DNA from: a virus
Lineage: Duplodnaviria > Heunggongvirae > Uroviricota > Caudoviricetes
Virus record (IMG/VR): IMGVR_UViG_2671180620_000027
Direction: 5' to 3' (one strand)
Length of the DNA: 4,104 nt
Shown: in pieces, positions 1 through 4,104 of the stretch
Numbering within the stretch: position 1 is the first letter of the stretch
Layout of the letters: each line of letters begins with the position of its first letter
Translations under genes and position numbers: made by a program
Notes under the pieces: model-generated
The model's database searches: none
Told to the model about the DNA's origin: nothing
Seen by the model: the letters and a program-made list of their open reading frames with translations, nothing else

Positions 1-246
1 CCGTGCCCTGGCGTTGCTGGTGGGCACGTTATGCGGCGCGGTCTGTACCAGAGAAAAATCACGCCGGAACTGATAAACAGGCATCACGCAATCATATTCG
101 TAACCTTCACGGCGGTAGGTTACGCGCCGTTCTTCCACGCCCTTAATCATTACCGTGCCGCCGTACTGGTCGCGGTAAATATCACCGCGCGTAAATTTAG
201 GGTGAGTGTTGCCACTGGCAGTTAAGCCAGAATATTTAAGTTTCAT
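1..246 (-). CDS. Hypothetical small protein, 3' end beyond window (82 codons visible, no stop reached); possibly DUF4222-like prophage protein
   Basis: Own reverse-complement translation from ATG at 244-246: MKLKYSGLTASGNTHPKFTRGDIYRDQYGGTVMIKGVEERRVTYRREGYEYDCVMPVYQFRRDFSLVQTAPHNVPTSNARAR, open to position 1. Starts 5 nt after the stop of the upstream ORF (252-254), same strand. Not in the ORF track because no stop lies in the window. Family resemblance is from memory only. Confidence 0.5.
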   Translation of the reverse strand, partial: MKLKYSGLTASGNTHPKFTRGDIYRDQYGGTVMIKGVEERRVTYRREGYEYDCVMPVYQFRRDFSLVQTAPHNVPTSNARAR

Positions 247-251
247 TATTT

Positions 252-485
252 TTATTCTCCGGTGTGCTGTTCGTTATATCTGTCGTGCAATGTCTCTATT
301 TCCTGCAACTCATTTATTACAGACTCAAGAAGCGTTATTAATGATGTAATAATCCGCGTTTTTTTTGCATTACGTTCATTATCGCCAAAGGATTCAAGGC
401 ACATCCGCAATATTTCCATCATGTTTTCACTGTGAGAAAGTGCAAGTGATGCGCGGTCTATTGTTTCAAGATAAATATCACGCAT
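252..485 (-). CDS. Hypothetical protein, 77 aa, AT-rich codon usage
   Basis: Track ORF MRDIYLETIDRASLALSHSENMMEILRMCLESFGDNERNAKKTRIITSLITLLESVINELQEIETLHDRYNEQHTGE. ATG at 483-485 overlaps the stop of the upstream ORF in an ATGCGTGA junction (translational coupling). GAGGA lies about 8 nt upstream of the ATG. No family recognised. Confidence 0.5.
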   Translation of the reverse strand: MRDIYLETIDRASLALSHSENMMEILRMCLESFGDNERNAKKTRIITSLITLLESVINELQEIETLHDRYNEQHTGE

Positions 486-711
486 GGCTTACATCCTCAG
501 GAAATTTTCTTCTGTAACGCGCCTCTGCCACATATTCCGCATAATCGGCGGCGATATTCAGTACATCAAGTCCCGTTGATTTATATTCTCTCGTGGAAAG
601 TAAGAAAAAAGCCGCTCTAATAAGTTCTGGCATTGACGAAAGCGCATCAGCCGCATCATCAGGAACGCCGGAAAATTCTTGTTTCAGGGAATTAAAACGA
701 TCATCACGCAT
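478..711 (-). CDS. Hypothetical acidic protein, 77 aa
   Basis: Track ORF MRDDRFNSLKQEFSGVPDDAADALSSMPELIRAAFFLLSTREYKSTGLDVLNIAADYAEYVAEARYRRKFPEDVSHA. ATG at 709-711 sits 2 nt downstream (minus sense) of a G9 run that may act as a G-rich ribosome-binding site. Its stop overlaps the next ATG. No family recognised. Confidence 0.5.
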   Translation of the reverse strand: MRDDRFNSLKQEFSGVPDDAADALSSMPELIRAAFFLLSTREYKSTGLDVLNIAADYAEYVAEARYRRKFPEDVSHA

Positions 712-926
712 AACCCCCCCCCATTTTCACAATCAGCAACAAGAATATTTTTAGCGTCATTCAGCGACCGCGTTGCGATGTATCGGATACATTCCAGGGC
801 GAACTGTGTCCGGTCTTTCTGTTCTTCTCCCTGCGCAAGCTCTGCAGTGCATTCAATATCGATAAGCGCGTGCATCAGCGTAGTGAGCGCGGCGGCTGCT
901 GCGTCCGGTGTGGTTTTATTGCACAT
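684..926 (-). CDS. Hypothetical protein, 80 aa; C-terminus depends on G9 tract length
   Basis: Internal start of the 94-aa track ORF: ATG at 924-926 preceded by AGGAGG (plus-strand CCTCCT at 933-938) with a 6-nt spacer. Sequence MCNKTTPDAAAAALTTLMHALIDIECTAELAQGEEQKDRTQFALECIRYIATRSLNDAKNILVADCENGGGLCVMIVLIP. The ATG overlaps the stop of the upstream ORF (TAA at 916-918) in ATGTGCAATAA. The 3' end overlaps the next ORF by 28 nt. Confidence 0.5.
   Translation of the reverse strand: MCNKTTPDAAAAALTTLMHALIDIECTAELAQGEEQKDRTQFALECIRYIATRSLNDAKNILVADCENGGGLCVMIVLIP
714..722. repeat. Homopolymeric tract C9 (G9 on the coding minus strand) at a gene junction
   Basis: Direct count: positions 714-722 are nine consecutive C. 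On the minus strand the run is read as GGG GGG GGG (codons 722-714) in the 684-926 ORF and lies immediately upstream of the ATG of the 478-711 ORF. Confidence 0.9.
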
Positions 927-1476
927 GGCACACCTCCTGACGAATACGGGCGGCGAATACAGCAACACAACCGGACGGGCAACGGCTACGCGCTTCGCGT
1001 TCCGTCCAGGCGGTTACGTGGATGATTTGATGTTCTGACGCGCCAAAGATGATAAAGCGCCAGAGAAAGGCGGTTTGAGAATGTACAAGGGTAGGGATAG
1101 TAGCCATGTTGGCAGCCTCCTCAGTGTGGTTAAGATAACCGCCACCGGAAACGCCAATTTCGCTGGTGGCGGACTGTACAGGGTTGGCGTAACCGGACAC
1201 TGAAGAAACCGGCGCGGATTGCTCCGCCCCCGTACAGCCCACCATTGATAAGGTGTGACTATGCGGCACAAAAAAACACGCGGGGCGCGTGTTATGCGCT
1301 TCAGTTTTGCCCAGGACGCCAATCCCGGCACCCGTTTTATGAGGTGCGCGGGAATCATAGCTATTTTCGACACTGGCGATCAACTGGTTTTTTTCTCCGA
1401 TATTCAGGGCCAGAAAACGCCACACAAAGGCCGTTTGTGTGTGTACAAGGTGTGGTATATGATTTACGGCAACCAT
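916..1476 (-). CDS. Hypothetical protein with internal paralogous repeat (186 aa from ATG 1474-1476; alternative 63-aa product from internal ATG 1105-1107)
   Basis: This is the C-terminal part of the 409-aa track ORF. ATG at 1474-1476 is preceded by AGGAG with a 5-nt spacer. An in-frame internal ATG at 1105-1107 is preceded by a strong AGGAGG (1116-1121) with an 8-nt spacer. The motif IPHLVHTQTAFVWRF (1414-1458) recurs as IPTLVHSQTAFLWRF (1054-1098), with synonymous third-position differences in this frame. The true start is uncertain. Confidence 0.45.
   Translation of the reverse strand: MVAVNHIPHLVHTQTAFVWRFLALNIGEKNQLIASVENSYDSRAPHKTGAGIGVLGKTEAHNTRPACFFVPHSHTLSMVGCTGAEQSAPVSSVSGYANPVQSATSEIGVSGGGYLNHTEEAANMATIPTLVHSQTAFLWRFIIFGASEHQIIHVTAWTEREARSRCPSGCVAVFAARIRQEVCHVQ
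1054..1098 (-). repeat. Paralogous repeat copy B (encodes IPTLVHSQTAFLWRF)
   Basis: Codon-by-codon comparison with 1414-1458 on the minus strand: cca/cct, cac/cat, acg/acc and cgt/cgc are synonymous; T/S, V/L and H/T are conservative replacements. Confidence 0.7.
1414..1458 (-). repeat. Paralogous repeat copy A (encodes IPHLVHTQTAFVWRF)
   Basis: See copy B. Similarity continues into the flanking codons and the upstream SD-like GGAG. Confidence 0.7.
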
Positions 1477-1538
1477 AACGGCTCCTAGTTTACGTTGTTG
1501 GTTAGACGCCCCGTATGTGTTCCCAGCACTGCGGGGCG

Positions 1539-1566
1539 TTGATTTTTGTGTAATGGCAAGTACAAT
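1539..1566 (+). promoter_or_regulatory. Candidate rightward promoter for the RHH gene (TTGATT, 16-nt spacer, TACAAT)
   Basis: Hexamers read at 1539-1544 and 1561-1566. The predicted start at about 1573 falls inside operator copy 1. The -35 is weak, so this is tentative. Confidence 0.3.
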
Positions 1567-1610
1567 GGTAATTACCATGTAGGTATAGTAATGAAGGGTA
1601 ATTACCATGT
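1567..1610. promoter_or_regulatory. Two direct copies of GGTAATTACCATGT, each containing the perfect palindrome GGTAATTACC; candidate operator for the RHH protein
   Basis: Copies at 1567-1580 and 1597-1610, 30 bp centre to centre (about three helical turns). Copy 1 extends to the 14-bp palindrome ATGGTAATTACCAT (1565-1578). Copy 2 contains the ATG of the RHH gene (1607-1609). Confidence 0.5.
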
Positions 1611-1613
1611 CAA
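1585..1613 (-). promoter_or_regulatory. Candidate leftward sigma70 promoter for the small-ORF operon (TTGACA, 17-nt spacer, TACTAT)
   Basis: Minus-strand -35 TTGACA is the reverse complement of 1608-1613; -10 TACTAT is the reverse complement of 1585-1590; the spacer is exactly 17 nt. The predicted start near 1578 lies in operator copy 1, and copy 2 covers the spacer and -35. Confidence 0.45.
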
Positions 1614-1780
1614 CACCATTAGAAAAACGTTCGCCTCCATACCAAATGCGATTACCGGAAGACTTCAGAGCGCAGCTAGAAGAAGCAGCTAAGGCCGATG
1701 GCGACACATCTTTAGCCACTTGGATTAAACGCGTTCTCCGCAAAGAATTACAGCAACGCGGCATAGAACCCAAAGGATAA
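1607..1780 (+). CDS. Arc/MetJ/CopG-like ribbon-helix-helix DNA-binding protein, 57 aa; putative repressor of the divergent operon
   Basis: Own translation: MSTPLEKRSPPYQMRLPEDFRAQLEEAAKADGDTSLATWIKRVLRKELQQRGIEPKG, stop TAA at 1778-1780. It shows the beta-strand (YQMRLP), helix, G-x-T/S turn, helix pattern typical of RHH repressors. AAGGG at 1594-1598 is a possible ribosome-binding site. The opposite strand here is Cys/Ser/Arg-rich antisense-looking sequence. Confidence 0.7.
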   Translation: MSTPLEKRSPPYQMRLPEDFRAQLEEAAKADGDTSLATWIKRVLRKELQQRGIEPKG

Positions 1781-1837
1781 AAACTATCAGCGCCGTGGTG
1801 TGAGGTATTACGGCGCATTGCTATGCAGGACAACACA

Positions 1838-2011
1838 ATGACCGATAAAGAATTGACCAAAACATTATCACCGGCACGGAAAAGACGGCGCAGAAAGATA
1901 GAGCATGAATCAGAAAGATTCGCACCATGTGCTTTTGCCCTTGAGCAATTCCTTAAAGAGTACAGGGAAAAGCGCTCATTGCAGGTATGGCAACGAACTG
2001 AACCAGACTGA
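1838..2011 (+). CDS. Possible small basic protein, 57 aa, downstream of the RHH gene
   Basis: Internal start of the 62-aa track ORF: MTDKELTKTLSPARKRRRRKIEHESERFAPCAFALEQFLKEYREKRSLQVWQRTEPD. AGGA lies about 8 nt upstream of the ATG at 1838. It is on the same strand as the RHH gene and upstream of the plus-strand terminator. No family recognised. Confidence 0.3.
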   Translation: MTDKELTKTLSPARKRRRRKIEHESERFAPCAFALEQFLKEYREKRSLQVWQRTEPD

Positions 2012-2106
2012 TTGCATTGCCCACCAGCCTGATAGCGGCTATCATCCCCGTGCTTATGTTTGGGATCACATACACATAAGGCGCAGCGGGTTAATTGTTC
2101 AGAAAG

Positions 2107-2133
2107 GCGGCTCCATATCGGGGCCGCTTTTTT
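2107..2133 (+). terminator. Rho-independent terminator (plus strand) ending the RHH transcription unit, convergent with alpA
   Basis: Stem GCGGCTCC (2107-2114) pairs with GGGGCCGC (2120-2127), 8 bp with one G-U wobble; loop ATATC; followed by TTTTTT (2128-2133). Confidence 0.6.
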
Positions 2134-2159
2134 CGTGTTTGTCATATCTGTGATACCCG

Positions 2160-2366
2160 TTAAGCAGCCGTTCCGCGTGCTTCCTCTTCGCGTTCTTTCT
2201 GCCAGGACAACACATCATCCTCATACCATCCGCGACGGCGTAAACCAACGCGAAAACCCTGCGGAAATTCTCCGGCGTTGATCATGCTTTGCAGCGTGCT
2301 GTCTGCCTTGATGTGGATAATTTTTTTTACTTCCTGGCGAAAGATAATTTTTCTGATTGCTTCCAT
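2160..2366 (-). CDS. alpA: AlpA/Vis-family phage transcriptional regulator, 68 aa
   Basis: Track ORF MEAIRKIIFRQEVKKIIHIKADSTLQSMINAGEFPQGFRVGLRRRGWYEDDVLSWQKEREEEARGTAA. The core ADSTLQSMINAGEFP...GWYEDDVLSW matches the AlpA helix-turn-helix pattern as I recall it. Position next to a P4-type integrase is typical. Confidence 0.8.
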   Translation of the reverse strand: MEAIRKIIFRQEVKKIIHIKADSTLQSMINAGEFPQGFRVGLRRRGWYEDDVLSWQKEREEEARGTAA

Positions 2367-2384
2367 CGTGATTTACCTTGTGAA

Positions 2385-2472
2385 TCCGGTGTATTCCGGT
2401 GACAAATACGGTAAATCATCGGATATGGGTAAAAACAGTTCCCACCGTTTTTAAACGGTATACACCGTTTTT
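2385..2472. promoter_or_regulatory. Cluster of short direct and inverted repeats upstream of alpA (TCCGGTG x2, CACCGTTTTT x2, inverted pair ACCGTTT/AAACGGT)
   Basis: TCCGGTG at 2385-2391 and 2395-2401; CACCGTTTTT at 2443-2452 and 2463-2472; ACCGTTTTTAAACGGT at 2444-2459. All lie in the 130-bp region between the alpA ATG and the upstream terminator. Confidence 0.3.
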
Positions 2473-2499
2473 TATATTGATGATTTGAAATGGAATTAT

Positions 2500-2522
2500 A
2501 AAAAAAGCGGCATTTCTGCCGC
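2500..2522 (-). terminator. Rho-independent terminator (minus strand) downstream of the 83-aa ORF and integrase
   Basis: On the minus strand: stem GCGGCA, GAAA tetraloop, stem TGCCGC (plus 2507-2522), followed by a run of seven T (plus A at 2500-2506). It lies 11 nt past the stop of the 2534-2785 ORF. Confidence 0.65.
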
Positions 2523-2533
2523 TTCCAGGATTG

Positions 2534-2785
2534 TTACCGCCATTTTTTGGGCCTGCCTCCGATCTTCATAGATGCCGGACGTACGACCTTATCAATACTT
2601 ACCGCCAGATTTCTGGAAGCGCCACGGGATACCAGAAAATCTACTACCTGTTTTTTTGATGGGGCCGTCGTTCTGTCCTCCGGATCGTAGGTTGACCAAA
2701 ATTCATGCTGAACCATCAGGGCCAGTTGCAGCCCGTCGCAATTGCATCTGATATTTTTTTGCATCTTAACGGTTTCATGTTTCAC
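2534..2785 (-). CDS. Hypothetical protein, 83 aa, with C-terminal AT-hook-like GGRPKKWR
   Basis: Track ORF MKHETVKMQKNIRCNCDGLQLALMVQHEFWSTYDPEDRTTAPSKKQVVDFLVSRGASRNLAVSIDKVVRPASMKIGGRPKKWR. A perfect minus-strand TATAAT (plus 2810-2815) lies about 22 nt upstream of the ATG and a terminator follows the stop. The ribosome-binding site is weak. No family recognised. Confidence 0.45.
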   Translation of the reverse strand: MKHETVKMQKNIRCNCDGLQLALMVQHEFWSTYDPEDRTTAPSKKQVVDFLVSRGASRNLAVSIDKVVRPASMKIGGRPKKWR

Positions 2786-2862
2786 GGCCTTGTCGTTAAA
2801 TTTGATGCAATTATACGACGGTTTTACATGGTTTTCGTAGTTTTTACTGGTTTTCTGTACAG

Positions 2863-4104
2863 CTACACGGCTCGGATACCCCTTTTACCACTGGCGAGGG
2901 TTACGCCCGTCGCCGCGGCCTCGACAAATTCGCCCCACCAGCGCATCAGCACGATGCGTTTTTCTATGTAGTTGCTCCGGTTGTATGCCCGTCTAACTTC
3001 GTTGGTGTCGACGTGGGCAAGTGCCGCCTCTATTACGTCCGGCTCGAATCCTTCCTCGTTCGCTGCTGTGCTGAATATGGCGCGTAATCCATGAGACACC
3101 AGCACGCCAGCGAATCCCATACGCCGCAATGCTGCGTTAGCTGTCTGGCTGTTCATCGGCTGCTGTGGGTCTTTCAGACTTGGGAAAACGTAATTGCGGT
3201 GGTGGCTGATTGGTTTCATGGCCTCCAGCACCGCCATAGCCTGACCGGAAAGCGGGATAACGTGATCCCTGCGCATCTTCATGCGTCCGGCAGGTATCGT
3301 CCATTGCTTCGCGTCCAGGTTGATTTCATCCCACCGCGTTGATGACGCTTCGGCGGGACGGGTTACGGTCAGTAACTGCCATTCAATCAGTAATCTGGTC
3401 TGCCGTTCTGTTGCCGATACTGATAAAGCCTGCATAAGCTCGGGCAGCTGTTCGGGGCGGATTGTTGGCATATGTTTTTTTACAGGTGAGGGAAACGCCT
3501 TACGCACATTCATAGCCGGATTGGCATCAATCAGCCCACTGTTGGCGGCGTAATCCATTACCTCATTAACGCGCTGTAAAACCCGCTTGAGTGTTTCCAG
3601 GTTGCCGCGCTCCTTGATGGGGGTAAGCACTTCAACGAACCTTCGGGCGGTGAGGGTATCTATTGGCGTGTTGCCGATGAACGGGAATACATATTTATCC
3701 AGCGAACGCCAGATGTCTTTAATCGTGTTGGGGGCCAGATTCTGGCTGATTTTCACCTGGTACCATGCCGCCGCCACATTTTCGAACGTGTTCCCTTGTC
3801 TTCGGGCCTCTGTCTCTCTTTTTTGCCTCTCGTGGTCCTGCGGGTCAGTTCCGGCACTGATTAACGTCCTGTACTCGCTACGGCGTTTTCTGGCATCAGC
3901 CAGGGAAACATCTTCAAGCGATCCAAAACTCAGCAATATTCTTTTTTTGTCCGATGGTCGGTAGTAGGAAAATCTCCAGAGTTTTGATCCAGACGGTTTG
4001 ACCAGGAGAAAAAGCCCTCCGCCGTCCTGCAGGGTGTACTCCTTTTGCGCTGGTCTGGCTGCTTTGATCTGCACTGTGGTTAATGGGTGTGTTTTTCTCG
4101 CCAT
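2863..4104 (-). CDS. int: P4-type tyrosine integrase (site-specific recombinase), 413 aa, complete
   Basis: ATG at 4102-4104, TAG at 2863-2865. The N-terminus MARKTHPLTTVQIKAARP...GGGLFLLVKPSGSKLWRFSYY matches the arm-binding domain of IntA/P4-like integrases. The C-terminal half carries recombinase motifs: TVTRPAE (Arg box), SHGLRA (His-x-x-Arg), AHV, and VRRAYNRSNY (catalytic Tyr). Confidence 0.95.
   Translation of the reverse strand: MARKTHPLTTVQIKAARPAQKEYTLQDGGGLFLLVKPSGSKLWRFSYYRPSDKKRILLSFGSLEDVSLADARKRRSEYRTLISAGTDPQDHERQKRETEARRQGNTFENVAAAWYQVKISQNLAPNTIKDIWRSLDKYVFPFIGNTPIDTLTARRFVEVLTPIKERGNLETLKRVLQRVNEVMDYAANSGLIDANPAMNVRKAFPSPVKKHMPTIRPEQLPELMQALSVSATERQTRLLIEWQLLTVTRPAEASSTRWDEINLDAKQWTIPAGRMKMRRDHVIPLSGQAMAVLEAMKPISHHRNYVFPSLKDPQQPMNSQTANAALRRMGFAGVLVSHGLRAIFSTAANEEGFEPDVIEAALAHVDTNEVRRAYNRSNYIEKRIVLMRWWGEFVEAAATGVTLASGKRGIRAV

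Noticed and set aside
31-225. 64-aa plus-strand ORF
   Set aside because: It lies entirely antisense to the better-supported minus-strand gene at 1-246 and has no ribosome-binding site.
684-968. 94-aa ORF starting MLLYSPPVFVRRCAMCNK as the true gene start
   Set aside because: The upstream extension has no ribosome-binding site and overlaps the previous gene by more than 50 nt. The internal ATG at 924-926 has a strong AGGAGG and a typical 11-nt overlap with the upstream stop.
679-1038. 119-aa plus-strand ORF
   Set aside because: It is antisense to two coupled minus-strand genes. The product is Ser/Cys/Ala-rich and low-complexity.
1245-1488. Two overlapping 77-aa plus-strand ORFs
   Set aside because: The synonymous-substitution pattern between the two paralogous repeats supports the minus-strand frame as coding. 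The plus ORFs are antisense.
1578-1583. ATG-TAG start-stop mini-ORF inside operator copy 1
   Set aside because: It is a direct consequence of the repeat sequence CCATGTAG. There is no evidence of function beyond the operator interpretation.
1567-1610. CRISPR-like repeat
   Set aside because: Only two copies of a 14-bp unit that is itself palindromic, with no array structure. An operator fits better.
916-2145. 409-aa minus-strand ORF as a single gene
   Set aside because: The N-terminal 223 codons run antisense across the RHH gene, the operator and promoter region, and a terminator. That part is Cys/Ser/Arg-rich and looks like antisense sequence. Only the portion from ATG 1474-1476 downward, with its own SD, is kept.
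1905-2281. Plus-strand ORFs of 82 and 73 aa (1905-2153, 2060-2281)
   Set aside because: They span the plus-strand terminator and run antisense into alpA. No ribosome-binding site; likely spurious.
2705-3964. Plus-strand ORFs of 83 to 125 aa inside the integrase region (2705-2971, 3091-3342, 3281-3553, 3587-3964)
   Set aside because: All are antisense to the well-supported integrase CDS, a typical result of codon bias on the opposite strand.
1-4104. tRNA, rRNA or IS/transposase features
   Set aside because: No cloverleaf-like tRNA candidate, rRNA-like sequence, or transposase ORF with terminal inverted repeats was seen by eye. Any tRNA attachment site is expected beyond position 4104.

Overview
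This window looks like the integrase-proximal end of an integrative mobile element (P4/CP4-57-type genomic island or satellite prophage) in an enterobacterium-like genome. All calls are from reading the sequence by eye; no database search or folding was run. On the minus strand there is a complete P4-type tyrosine integrase (2863-4104, start codon at the window edge), an 83-aa ORF followed by a clean intrinsic terminator, and an AlpA-family regulator (2160-2366). In the centre, a 57-aa Arc-like ribbon-helix-helix gene on the plus strand (1607-1780, below the ORF-track cutoff) has its start codon inside one of two copies of a palindrome-containing repeat (GGTAATTACCATGT) that overlaps a strong leftward sigma70-like promoter. 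From that switch a leftward operon of at least five translationally coupled small ORFs of unknown function runs from 1476 off the window start. It includes an ORF with an internal paralogous repeat and a gene junction spanning a G9 homopolymer. This switch plus small-ORF operon is the best candidate for an undescribed system, but I cannot assign function to any of its proteins. Most long plus-strand ORFs in the track, and the N-terminal part of the 409-aa minus ORF, are judged antisense artefacts.
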